Shown piece by piece: positions 13,843 through 27,559 of a DNA stretch of 64,000 nt. The notes under the pieces are model-generated. The model was not told where the DNA came from and made no database searches. It saw only the letters and a program-made list of their open reading frames with translations. The DNA is from Eledone cirrhosa (Eukaryota): NCBI GenBank assembly GCA_964016885.1, contig OZ024741.1:98890001-98954000 (forward strand). The letters are read 5' to 3'. Positions within the stretch are counted from its first letter, which is position 1. Every line of letters starts with the position of its first letter. Position numbers and translations under genes: made by a program.

Positions 13843-15000
13843 ATTATATATATATATAAGAAGAAGAAGAAGAAGAAGAAGGGGGAGGGGGGAGGAGGAG
13901 AAGAAGAAGAAGAAGAAGGAGGGTGGGGAAAGAAGAAGAAGAAGAAATAGCGCTGGTAAAATAAACACGCACGCAAAATAAAATAAAATTTTCTTTCTCT
14001 TTATTTTATCAGTCCAAGCGATTCTAATCCCTGTTCGAACGAATATTCTAGAATCAGAAGCAAACACGCAACATTCGGCCATTTAAGATAGAATAGGATA
14101 GATACGAAATGCTATATCTATTAAGAACTGTCCAGAGGTACATTACATGTGATTGAGATTGGCATCGATAAACGAGGAAGGCCGTGTCTTTCCCATCACG
14201 TGACGGCAGCTTGGAATAATCCAGATGTTAACGAGTTAATTTCCGCCATTTCAATCTATCATTATTGAACAGGGCATTAGTAGGCACTTAGACACCTACT
14301 TCCCATGCAACTCACCTTTACAATCCTAAACACACACATATACATACATTCATACACACGGACACAAGTACACTACACACACACACACACACACACACAC
14401 AATTTTAACTGATTTCTTGATAGATACACGAATGTCTTGTCTTTAACATTCAAATTTCCTTAGATTATATATATATATATACATATATATATACATATAT
14501 ATATATATATATTTACATATATATATAATATAAATATATAAATATATACATATATACATCCATATATACATACACACACATACATACATACATGCATACA
14601 TACATACATATATTCATACCTACATACATTCATACATACATACATACATACATACATAAATACTTACATATATATATATACATACATACAAACGTGCGTG
14701 CATGCATACATATATGTGTGTCTATTTCTTTTCTGAAATACACTAGAAGAGAAGAAGGGAGAGAGAATGAGTAAGCGACAGTTGAATAAATGTTACAGGT
14801 TCAATCCCTAATCTCGCTCAAAATTGACATATATATTACCTGAAGTTGATTGAAGAGATCCGATCAAACCTATCATAGCCATGTTGACCAACATTCAACT
14901 GACTGCAATCTATCAATTATCTGTATAAACAAATCGTGTAAAAAGAAATGCATATAGTTAAAGCCACTTCATGTGATAACTTTGGGATTGAGTCTCTTAA

Positions 15001-15147
15001 TAATTGTTTCTACTTTTGGCACAAGGCCAGCAATTATCCCAGTGCATTACTGGTATTTTATTTTATCGACCCCGTAAGGATGAAAGGCAAAGTTAACCTC
15101 GGCGGGATTTGAACTCAGACTGTAAAGGGACGTAACTACCGATACTG
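15001..15147 (-). mobile_element. SINE with head deletion
   Basis: Reverse consensus match. Confidence 0.85.
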
Positions 15148-15240
15148 AAGCAGAAGATAAAACAATATTCTGAGCGCGTTTCGAACCAATAGTAAATTCT
15201 TGATGAAAATATCTGTTTTCATAATAAGTGCTTTTCACTG

Positions 15241-15349
<109 letters not shown>

Positions 15350-15575
15350 ACACAGGTGTGTATGATTGTGTATAGAAGATTATATTAATAAAAGGAATTC
15401 CAATTTTGTCTGATTTACTCGTTTTATTTACAATCCTTTAAAATTTATAATGGTATTAGAATGAAATAATATGGTAGAATATTAACTGTTAATTGTTAAT
15501 TGAACAAGTACTTTCATGCTTTCGCAATCTTCAGGTTCATATTGTGTGGTGACAGTCAAGTTTGCAATTTTCAAC

Positions 15576-15598
<23 letters not shown>

Positions 15599-15606
<8 letters not shown>

Positions 15607-15781
15607 CAAAATATTAACAAATGAGGATATTCACATAATCAAAATATATGCTTTATTATATATATTTCGAAGGTACTGTTTTGTTTTGTTTTTCAGTAAC
15701 ACAGTACCTTCGAAATATATATAATAAAGCATATATTTTGATTTTGTAAATATCTTCATTTGTTAATATTTTGAATAATAT
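15599..15781. repeat. Palindrome of two Penelope-like terminal fragments
   Basis: ~82-bp inverted arms. Each carries CGAAATATATATAATAAA, resembling the 3' half of the hammerhead at 57901-57919. Confidence 0.7.
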
Positions 15782-15884
15782 TAAAACTCCGGGAAAATTT
15801 CTTTGTTGAGTGCTTTTAATCTATTGTAAAACTGTATTCATTGAGTAATCAACGAACCATATTAATCTTTGGTTATATATATAA

Positions 15885-15981
<97 letters not shown>

Positions 15982-16926
15982 TCTTTCCATAGATGTGTAT
16001 GTGTGTGAATGCGTGTATGTGAGTGTGTGTGTGCGTCCAAATAGTGAAGGTGTTCACTGCACAATTGATAGGTTAATGGTTCAGACCCACTGCGTTGCAT
16101 GTTGGTCAAGTTTTCTCTACAATGGACTACGATTGACTTAAGCCTTATTAGAGAAACTACTTAGAGAGCACGCTGGTTGGATTGAACTTACATTTCAAAG
16201 GGCCAGCCGCGCCATGCGCAGTAACAGGCGGACTCCTCCTGAGAATTATGTTAGTAATACTTGTGTCTGTAGAATACTCAGGTGCATACAGGTTAACTTA
16301 ACAAATAGCCCGTTCAGTTGAAACGAAATTTAGCATGTGAGCGGCTGATTATTCCGCAGACATGCGAAACCTTGACCTAATTCTTACACCTTACCAGCGT
16401 AAAGGTAGGGCATTTCAATTACAGAAAATATTCAGAAAGTGAAACGGGGAGAGGAAAGGAGAGAGAAGAAAAGAGAGTGAGAGAGAAAGAGAGAGAGACT
16501 GAAGATCGAGAGTGGAGAATACTTGACCGCATTACAGGACTAAATGAAAGAGTGAAAGGCAAAGTGACGTTGGTGGAATTCATAAGAAATATCGTAAAGT
16601 ATTCTATCCGACACTCTAACCATGTTGCTAATTCGCAACGTTCGTGATTTTAGTAATACTTGTTTATAAAATGTATCTGCCACACACTTCAACTGTATAC
16701 ATACTTCAATAGCATGCTAATAAATATTGCCTGTACAGGTAATCAAATTGTGTATACATATTTGGGGGACACCCTGCACATATAAATGCGAGGCATAATA
16801 AGAACATGCTACGTCTTTCGCCTTGAGTCAAAAACAAAAACATAAACACATTTTTTCTCTGCTTTTACTTTGCTTGTTTCCTTAAAGTTTACCTTCATTC
16901 CGTTGGTATACATCTATTACGCAATT

Positions 16927-16984
16927 TACAACTGAAGATGTCACCAGGTTCTTACGCAACCTAGCCCCTGAAATGTGTATAGTG
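16927..16984 (+). ncRNA. Degenerate type I hammerhead ribozyme
   Basis: CTGAAGA...AGGTT/AACCT...GAAA-TGTG-TA. Stem I is imperfect. AATAAA follows. Confidence 0.4.
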
Positions 16985-17041
16985 TTTGCAGAAATAAATA
17001 TTTAAGGAAATTCAAAGTTTTTGGCTTCGTGTTATTTCACT

Positions 17042-17076
<35 letters not shown>

Positions 17077-17081
<5 letters not shown>

Positions 17082-17266
17082 AAAATGTTTAGCCCCAACG
17101 GCAGAGCTCAAGCCGTTTCGACGGCTATTTCTGAGAAATAGCCGTCGAAACGGCTTGAGCTCTGCCGTCGGGTTAAACATTTTCCTATTACCCACTCTAC
17201 TACCCTAAGTGTTGAGTACTTTGGTGCGTTATGGTCCATCTGGTTCCTTACCACACTTCCTTCGTT
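17077..17266 (+). mobile_element. Hairpin-plus-tail element in (TA)n, copy A
   Basis: ~112-nt hairpin ATAGGAAAA...TTTTCCTAT plus a ~78-bp tail TACCCACTCTACTACCCTAAG...TTCCTTCGT. Strand assignment is arbitrary. Confidence 0.85.
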
Positions 17267-17392
17267 ATATAATATATATATGATTCCAGTTCCTCAGAGA
17301 AATAACAACACAACCAGGAGCTGGACATATCGATGTATTGACGGAGTAAAACACACTTCAACAACATCTGTCTTTCCTACATCAATTCGGAC

Positions 17393-17443
17393 TGCCTGAA
17401 GAGGTCACAGCCAATGATGGCTGTCACCGAAATATATATAGCA
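17393..17443 (+). ncRNA. Minimal type I hammerhead ribozyme (Penelope-type)
   Basis: TGC-CTGAAGA-[GGTCACAGCCA/TGGCTGTCACC]-GAAA-TATATA-TA-GCA. Stem III is palindromic. Confidence 0.75.
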
Positions 17444-17519
17444 CTATATCTATCATTTATAATAAACGAAGCCAAATTTTACATATTTGACTTAATTATT
17501 TTATATATATATATTACGG

Positions 17520-18060
17520 AAATTATGTGTTGGTAACTTCTTTTAAAATCACAGATGATAATACCTATCTACGTTACGTTGGTATCCGATGTTGTTTTCA
17601 CAGCAGTGAGTGTTCAGTGTGCAGTCACATGTATTGGAGCAGTTACATTGCCTCCTTGAGCTCATGATGTTCTGGTTATGGTATAACATACGTGTTTTTA
17701 GTTTGACGATGTTTGAGGAATCAATATTTTGGACGAAGTTTGTCGTAGTAGATTATAAGGGCTTTATGATATTTATGTCAAAGATCTTATAGTAACGATG
17801 TTGTGGAGAGAATTGTTTTAAGTTGTGAGAAGTTTTTTTTTGTGTTTGGCATGCAATCTATCCATTATTGGGAAAGAAACCATGTTACACTTCTAGAGTA
17901 ATGCCGTCAGCTAGATCGACTATAATTTGAAAGGAAGTATAATAGCTAGCTTTCCATTGCAACTACTCTACTTTAGGGTCTCGTCGTAATATCGAAGCAT
18001 ATCAAAGAGAACCTATTCGTTAGTATTAGAGCATCGATGACTGTGTTGACGAATGGTTTT
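17520..18060 (-). pseudogene. Decayed Penelope-like ORF (RT-to-endonuclease linker)
   Basis: The reverse strand encodes RSVTWF, PQHRYYKIFDINIIK and CNCSNTCDCTLNTHCCENNIGYQ, paralleling 56230-56740. Confidence 0.65.
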
Positions 18061-18380
18061 GATAATCATCTAACTATTAACATTGTATCTCTAGATAGAC
18101 AGGTAGATAAACACACAGATACATAAAGGTGAGAGTGATAGAGAAAAAAGATTGTGAATAAGAAAACGATGGAAAGAGTAAGGATGACTGTGTGCGCGTG
18201 CGTGCAAAATATATATCAATTGGGAAACGGAGATATAATTGTGTGTAACCTAACATCCCTTATACATGAATTGAAACGGTTATGACGACAATACCTGGGG
18301 GAGAAATATATACACGTATATCTAGAGAGAAAATGAGAATATATATACATATATATATACATACATATATATATATATAT

Positions 18381-18451
<71 letters not shown>

Positions 18452-18630
18452 AGAGAGAGAGAGAGAGAGAGAGGGTGGGGAGAAGGGGGAAGAGACAGAA
18501 GAAAAATAGTAAGATTAAAGATAAAAATGAGGCAGTAAGATAACCAAATGTCGAAAACATTTTCGGTCATAATGATAGACAGGTAGAACCAAAAGCATAT
18601 ATATAAATAAATATATATCGGAATTACTTC

Positions 18631-18680
<50 letters not shown>

Positions 18681-18697
18681 ATATAAATTTGTATATA

Positions 18698-18797
<100 letters not shown>

Positions 18798-19999
18798 AAC
18801 ATACATATATCAACGTGTGTGTGTTTGTGTGTTTCATGTGTGCATGTATGTGTGTAAGCCAGAAAATACAGTACAGTCAAAAATATACCAAAATTGTATA
18901 CAAATGCGTCAATAACACAACAAAAAATATTATGATAAGAAAAACTGCTCAAATCTCATTCACAAATAAAATCAGGATGATTCTAAAGGAAAGGATATAC
19001 TATAGAAAGTGTAAGATGAAGGGAGCAGTTTTTGTGAAAAGTATTGATGCTTAGTGAAGCTCATTATATCCGGTTTCGTTCTACTCTAACGGTTTAGTCG
19101 ATTACAAGCAACTCAAGCAACTATTCTATTTGGTACACTTTTCCTTCCTTTACTTGCTCATTCTCACTTTTCCGTTATCTTTCTGTTTTTCATTCATCCT
19201 CCATCACTGTCACTTTCCCCTATACATGTACATATATTTATACATTCATACGTACGTACGTACATACATAACCCACGCACATAACCCACACACAAATACA
19301 TGTACATACATATATGCATTCATATGTACGTACATACATACATACATACATACACACATGCATACATAGATACATACATACATACATAACCTACACACAT
19401 AACCCACACACAAACACACACATACATAGATATATACATACATACGTACGTACATACATACATACATACATGCAGGGAAGTTGATGCCTTGATAACAAAG
19501 CCTCCAGATTAAACGGGATAATGATGTGGAATTTTACTTTTTCTTGCACTTGAAAAAGAGTACGTTGAACTCTTTTACTCGTGTTCTTAGGGTGACTCTG
19601 TAGGATACAGTCTTGCAGAGGTAGGGTTCCCCAGAGGACAATTGACTGGAGTCTTATAAGTGACAGTAATATACAGTAGTAAGTCCAACAGAGTAATTTG
19701 AGGAAGTTATGCTATCTATATTTATATAGTAAATGCATTCTAATTAGGAACAGGAAGCTCTTATAAAAACATGGATTTGGCGATCAGCGCCTCTTCAGCG
19801 TTGTGGTTAATGCACTCACCGATATCTGAGAGATGCGAAGTTCAATTCTTAGCAAGCATCTCTGTCCAGTTGTTTTCCTCTCCAGAATACTTCATTCTAT
19901 TTCATTCTATTTCATTAACAATTAATTATAGCGATTGGCTCTGTATGTATGTATGTGTCTCTTTCTCTTAATTTCGAGTATATTTTTTTGACCGGCCAC

Positions 20000-20625
20000 C
20001 TTCCTGGTGGCAAGGTTGTAAAAGAAAAGAAATTGTCATCCCTTGAATCGCAAGAATGTTTTGCAAATTTTGAAGGTGCCAGCTATCGCAGCCATTTGTA
20101 GACTATGAATTAGGGAGCTACGCTTTTTGTCCGCAAATCCAAGTTCAGTCATACTTTGGTCCAAGCGGGTTGGTATATAACCCGTAGCTCCAATAATGAT
20201 GGGTATGAAGCTAAAGGTGTATCTTGGATACTGGATTTGTAAACTCCTCATCAATGGTCCGTAGATGTCCTCCTTCTCCTGTATTTTTCTGACAACGTTT
20301 ACATCAAGTGGGCAGCTGATCTCCACAACAGAACACGTTTTCAATGTGTGGTCCCAAACAACAATATCAGGCCGGTTGTGCTTTAATTTGGTGGCAGTTT
20401 TTATTTTAAGGTTCCACCAGTATTCCTTAGTGCCATCTGTCTCAATATATTCCTCCTCGTTTGTTGTTAATTTTATTTTCCGAAGTGCGTTCCAGATGGT
20501 TCTAGCTATCCCATCGTGTCTCATGGGGAGGTAGTAGCGAGATGACATTCTTTCGCAGCTGGCAACAATGTGGCTTACATCCTCGATCTTTGTTTAACAT
20601 AGCCTACATATATTGTCAGCTGCTG
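20000..20625 (-). mobile_element. 3' end of a restriction-like-endonuclease non-LTR retrotransposon (R4/Dong-like)
   Basis: CCHC-type knuckle remnant, then RHDGIARTIW, KHNRPDIVVWD..VVEISCP and PIIIGATG in ORF 20036-20548. Confidence 0.85.
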
Positions 20626-20733
20626 GCCCTCCCCCTTTGTATGTATGTATGTATGTATGTATGTATTTATGTATGTATGTATGTATGTATGTATGTTTGT
20701 ATGTATGTATGTATGTGTGTGTGTGTATGTGTA

Positions 20734-20928
20734 TGTCAGGTCACTCTTGAGTGCTACTGGTAACATGTAACCAAGTACAACCTGTCGCATGGTCGGGTCG
20801 TCGGCGACTAAACCGGCAAACCCACCAAGTTTACTTGGCGAGGAGGGTGATTTTGGACACCCTGCAGGACAAAAAACAAAACCTGACAAAGGGGTGGAAG
20901 AACTCATAAGTGTCAACGGCCATCTAAA
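20734..20928 (+). mobile_element. 5' fragment of the RTE-related element
   Basis: Matches 9678-9868. Confidence 0.7.
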
Positions 20929-21196
20929 AATGTGTAAATATATATATATATACATGTATGCATGTGTATATAGGTGTATGTATATACGTGGGGAAAGCGT
21001 TCTAGAAGACAACTCAGGACACTAGATTAACTCCGACATAAAACGTGCGGTTCAGTAATTACCGATTATGTTGATCATTTCTTCCTTTCGAGTTATAACT
21101 TCTGTCGCTCACAGAGTGGTATTGGCTCAGTGCACAGTCTTTCCTCACTTTAAAAAACATCTTCACGCACAGGCATTGCACAATAACATTAATTGA

Positions 21197-21510
21197 TATT
21201 TATTAATAATGTTATATCGTGCAATGGCCATACTCGATAACGAACGGGAAGCCATCATGTATGTATGTATGCATGTATTTATGTATGTATGTATGTATGT
21301 ATGCATATATGTATGCATGTATGTATGTATGTATGTATGTATGTATGAATGTGTGTATGCATGTATGTATGTTTGCATGTATGTATACATGTAAGTTTGT
21401 ATGTATGTATGCTTGCATGTATGTATGTATGTATGTATGTAGGTATGTAGGTATGTATGTGAGTATGTATGTGTGTATGTATGTGTGTATGTATATGTGT
21501 ATGTATGTAA
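21197..21510 (+). mobile_element. ~45-bp LINE-like 3' tail followed by (TATG)n
   Basis: TCGTGCAATGGCCATACTCGATAACGA...GCCATC. A second copy is reversed at 24592-24632. Confidence 0.55.
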
Positions 21511-21765
21511 CTATCAATCTGCTTACATTTATTCAATATTTTTTCTCCTCCCTCATTCTTCATATATCTAGTTTTCTATATATCTATATATTTATCTGTT
21601 AATTTATCTATCTATTTTTTCTACTAAGCTATCTATTTCTGCCTATTTCTGCATCATTGTAGTGCAGGACAAAATTTCTTGTATTATTTTTACCAGCTCT
21701 CTACACTTTGATTTCAAATCCCGCCGATCTCATCTTTGTTTTTCATCATTTCAGGGTCGATAAAA

Positions 21766-21955
21766 TAATTGTTTCTACTTTTGGCACTAGGCCAACAATT
21801 ATCCCAGTGTATTACTGGTACTTTATTTTATCGACCCCGTAAGGATGAAAGGCAAAGTTAACCTGGGCGGGATTTGAACTCTGATCCTAAAGGGACGTAA
21901 CTCTATGCTGCAAAGCATGGCGTCCGACCCTTACCGATACTGCCAATCCACCGCC
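21766..21955 (-). mobile_element. Young SINE nested in an older opposite-strand SINE
   Basis: Full consensus. CAGGGTCGATAAAATAAT, part of the older SINE core, is duplicated on both sides. Confidence 0.9.
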
Positions 21956-22316
21956 CAGGGTCGATAAAATAATGTTACCAGTGCAGGATGATGAAATGGT
22001 GAAATTGTTAATCAGTCGGACAAGACGATTCAGGTTATCTGATCTGTTTCTTTATGTTCTGAGTTCAAATTCCACTGTGGCCAACCTGAATGGCAGGCTT
22101 AAACTGTTACTTGGGGTAACACAACCTCCTAGCCCTTAAATGCTTTTAGCGAAGTCCACTCTGTGCACGTATTCAGGAGAGATTTCTGGTTTGAGAATCC
22201 CTTCCACACTCATTTCCTCAATCTGAAAAGCTAAAAGCACTACACTTTTATCGATTACCTAACTGTAAGCAAACACATTTTATTAATCTATCAACATTTA
22301 TCACTCATCTTGTCTG

Positions 22317-22395
<79 letters not shown>

Positions 22396-22582
22396 GCATG
22401 TCTGTCTATCTGTCCATGTATATATTTACATATCAACATATGTATTTGTAAATTGGAAAAGTATCTTAACATTTCGGCCGCTAGTCCTTTATCGGAAGGT
22501 AAATACCAAGAGGAGAAGGTATGTATTTACCTTACTATAACTATATCTCTTTCTCTCTCCCCATCTCTGTAACTATCTACCA

Positions 22583-22658
<76 letters not shown>

Positions 22659-23289
22659 ATCTCTCTCTCTATCTAACTAATTTACTATCTATTATTCAGC
22701 ACTGTCTCTTCTCGCCCACTATTTTCCTTTATATATATATATATATATACCTATATTTCGGCTTTAATATATATTTATCTTACTCTCTCTTTTCCATTTT
22801 TCCTTCTCTGTTCTCCTTCTCTAACAGCTTTTTTCCCCTCTCTCGATACTTTTCTTTTTCTGCCTCTCTATCTATCAATCTCAAATCTGTTTTTCCCATT
22901 TCTCTCTTTGTCTCGGTACTTTGTCTTTCTCTCTTTCTCTATTACTTCTTTGTTTAATTCACACCTTCGGTCCTTCCAATTCATCAAATCTCATACACAT
23001 ATTACACAGAGGCACTTTTAAACGCTTGGAGTACTCTTTCTCATTCCGCTCGTGCATCCAACCCCAACCTTTGCAACATTCTATCACTCCTTTCTCAATG
23101 TTCTTCCCTTTCTCACTCTCCTCTAACTACCTATCTTTCTCTCTGTCTATGTATATATCTATCTATATATTTATCTATCTATGTTTCTTTCTCCTTCTTT
23201 TTCCTGCAAACCTTTGACGCATCACAGTGTGAAGGCATTCAAAAGTAAAATAAATAAAGGAATCATAATAATATAACAAAAACAACAAT

Positions 23290-23345
<56 letters not shown>

Positions 23346-23488
23346 CGTTTCTGTATTTGCCACAAGGGTATTGCACACATACAAAACATTTCAATACTCT
23401 AGCGAAGTCAAAACATTTAATGTTTTACAAAATCACCAAAGACCCAAACAATCTGAAAATAATCATACAAAGAAGAAGAAAAAGAAGC

Positions 23489-23610
<122 letters not shown>

Positions 23611-24819
23611 AAGAAGAAGAAGAAGAAGAAGAAGAAGAAGAAGAAAACAACAACGTTAACAACAATAACAATAAGAACTACAACACAAACGATAACAAGA
23701 TGAAAAACAACAACAACAATAAGAATAATAATAATCAATACAGTAAAAAAATGCAACTGCCAGCCGATTGAGTATTCCTTCTGATCCAGTCAAGTCAGCC
23801 ATGTCCTCCGTCCGTTAAGCCTAAATTTAACCTCCAATATGAAAGGTTACTGCAATCAACTACACACACACACATATAAAGAGGTACATGTAAAGACATA
23901 TACAGAGACAAAGACACGCACACACGCGGATACACACACACACACACACACACACACCGCCATCACTAGAACCACCACTACCATTGCTACTACCTCTACC
24001 GGTCATGTCTCACCTATGTCCTCAGTTATGTTCCATACCCCCCCCCCCCCGCTCTCTCACTCTCACTTTCTCTTTCATTCTCTCTCTCACTCTCTCTCAC
24101 TCTCTCTCACTCTCTCTTTCACTCTCACTCTTTCTCTTTCACTCTCTCTCACTCTCTCTCTTTCTCTCTCTTTCTCTCTCACTCTCTCTCTCTCTCATTT
24201 TTAACCGGTGGAGTGAAACAATCACAGTGCACAACAGCGTTTGCTAATGTCCCTTTGTCGCCATGGGAACAAGAACATGGGCAACAAATGCAAATGCCTA
24301 TGCATACATAAATATACGCCATGTATGAATGAATAGGTTCTAAAGTTGGATCCAGAGTTTCAGATCTTGGCTCTAGGGAATAACGTAGTCTATAACCTGC
24401 AACCTGTTTATGCCACTGTGGTTAGCCATCAAACCGGATATTACTAGTGTATGCATGCAGATATACATATACATACACATATACACATACATGCATACAT
24501 ACTTGCATGCATGCATACATGCGTACATACATACATACATACATACATACATACATACATACATACATACATACATACATACATACTTATGTGATGGCTG
24601 CCCCCTCGTTATCGAGTATGGCCATTGTACGAGAAAAAAATATATATATATACAATATATTAACAAATGGAACATATATATATATATATATTAATAACAA
24701 TAATAATAATAATAACAACAATAATAATAACGACAACAACAACAATAATAATATACATAGATATATATACACACACACGCACACACATAAACATATATAT
24801 ACACACACACACACACGAT

Positions 24820-25562
24820 AGCAATTAACAGCGCTGCGATCGAATGTGGCTTTTTAGTCCAGCCAATGATCTAAAATGTCTTGCACAGAGTCGGCAACCA
24901 AAACATTCACTGGGAATAGCCGGCTGTGGTTGGAGTTCGTGTACTTTTGCATGTCGTTTGAGCCCTCCTGCTGATTTACATTCTCTACCACATGCTTGGC
25001 AAGCATGATAAGTAGTATCTCCAGCAAGCAGCCTGGTAGTCAACCACTGGTCTTACTTTATGACTGCTTAGGCAGAGTCTCGCACAGACGCTGCATGTCA
25101 GCACCATAGGAGGACCTCGCCGTCTGGAAGTGCAACAGCAATGCCCTTCCTCACATCCCGCTTTACTTTCTCGTATGCGATTCGAGATGCCTCAAAGCCA
25201 ACTTTTCCCTCATATACAGTCTTTCTCCATTTATTACGATCAGCAGCAACATTTTCCCATGTATCAGCAGAGATGTTAGCGTCTTTCAAAGAGGCTTTCA
25301 AGGAATCCTTATACCTCTTTTTTGGTCTATGTGGCGGTTGTTTTCCTTTAACTAACTCTCCATAAAAGAGTTGTTTTGGTATTCTAGAATCCTTCATCCT
25401 GGCAAGGTGACCACTCCAACGGAGTCGTTGCTTAAGCACAAGAGCTTCTATACTGTCACACAGAGCTTTCCAAAATCTAGACATCACTGATGTGGTCCCT
25501 CCAGTGAACGCCATGGATCCGTCTGAGACACATCTGATGGAAACGCTCCAATTGCTTAAGGT
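24820..25562 (-). mobile_element. RTE-clade LINE 3' end with C2H2 zinc fingers
   Basis: LRWSGHLARMKDSRIPKQLFYGEL..RPKKRYKD, then CQACGRECKSAGGLKRH and CRLCARHFRSLAGLKSH. Frameshifted. Confidence 0.88.
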
Positions 25563-27559
25563 GATGTATGTATGTACATAAGTATGTACATACTAATGTA
25601 CATACATACATACATGCCTACATACATATGTACATATATGCATACATACTTAAATCATATAAACATACATAGATACAAATGCATATACACACACACACAG
25701 TTGCAAATAGTATCACGCTCGAGCAGAAACACACGCAGAAAGAAACTGGTATATACATGCAGATATACACATGTAGTCGCAAATGTAGACATACATACAT
25801 AGTTGCATACACATGTATATACATCCACCTGCGTTATTTCACATATTTTCAGAGAAGTCTGTTTGAACATGGGTGTGAGTGATATTTTTCGATTGCAAGT
25901 GTGCAGATGGGGGGGGGGGTATGTGCGTGTGTGCATATAATCAAGCCATCTAAGCGAAAGTGCATACACGGACCCTGCATGGAAACTCGCAAGATGGTTT
26001 TTACCTGTAATTTAAATACATTTTCAGTATGTTCCTTTGATGTAACAACCGAAAAATAGATGATATAATTAGTACATCAATTATTCAGTGGGTTGCTACA
26101 TGGGAGTAAAACAACTACTTTTTTTTTTCACTTTCCTCCAGTCCCCATAAACTCAAATGTTGACTAAATAGACCATACATAGCAACACACTTTAATATTT
26201 TCATAAAAGATGACAGTTCGAATTCTCTATCAGTTTGAAGTAAACTAATGAAACGAAGAACAAACAAGTACACACACACACACACACATACACACACACT
26301 TTTTTTTTTTTTTTTCACGTTTATTTTATAAGGAAAATAGTGATAATTTCTTTCTACCAAATTTGACGCACAAGATATTAGTCAACTAGAGGCTACAGTA
26401 AGAGAGACTTGACTATATTTGTGGGCAGTGATAGAACCTAGAACTACGTGGTTGAGAAGTGAATTTCTTAATCTCACAACTATGCTTAAACCCATTACTT
26501 CTGTTGTTATCTAGCCCAAAGTTATCTAATAAAAAGATTCCAGTCACGGCCATATTTTCATCCTGACATATTTTCTCTGTCTCCATTATCGAATATGTTT
26601 TTCATTTTTAAGGCAGTAAGATGCGATTTAAGATATCTAAAACGTCGTGTGGCGGCGGCATAGAGACTCCCTCATTGACTCAGGTTAAGAAGAGTTTAGT
26701 TATTCGGTCAGCTTGGGGCACCTATGTCGTTATACGAACTATCAAACTATAGAATGATTGTTCCGCACTGTATCGATTCAGTCAACTGCTGCTCACCAAT
26801 AAAGTCACGTTGATGTGACTAATTTCAGTTTCAGTTCAGCGTAGAAACAGTGTTGAGAAATCAATTTTCATTGTCTATAGAAAACACTTCAACGTTGCTG
26901 CCTCACCGAAGTGACACAGACGTTTTCCTGATATAGATCTGTTGTTTCTCGAGACTAACATATGCCACAAAGTAATAGCACTGTTAACTCTAGACCCTTA
27001 GTATTAATATAACGGTCAATTTACATCCGAAGTAATCTTTTCCTTAGACGAGTCCCTTTTTCGCTGCAGCTATAGAGGCATCCTTTCTTCTGATACAACT
27101 AACGCGAGAACCCCAACGTGTTTTCTTGATATGCAGCAAATGGTATTCAAACTACTTTGAATGTATATATACTCTGCCATTTTAGAAAAGTAAAGACACA
27201 TTTGATCATGTAGTTCTAGACACACTTTAAAGGAAAACAGAATGTTCACAACTCAAACGCCTTTGATAATAACTCTACTTGACCCTGACTGGCCCATGGC
27301 CAGAGATCAGCAAAATTTGTTTCTAATTGAAGCACAAGGCTAGAAATTTTAATGGGAGAAGAAAGTCAAACTAGCTGATTACATTATTAAACAAGTATCC
27401 CTTAGAAAGGATAAAAGGCAAAAATCGATCTCGGCAGAATTTCAACATTGAACGTAAAGAGCTGGAAGAAATAAAATAAGGGATTTTGCCGGACACTAAC
27501 AATTCTGCCAACCCACAGCCCTCTAAGAATGATATAGGTAAACGCAGTAACACCAACAA

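Noticed and set aside
17125-17160. CTGAGAA...GAAAC in the hairpin element as a hammerhead
   Set aside because: The core is C3/A8 mismatched, is not conserved among copies, and is sequestered in the long hairpin.
19785-19860. tRNA gene
   Set aside because: Only degenerate A/B-box-like motifs and no cloverleaf. Probably an old SINE head, as are 4543-4590 and 34860-34932.
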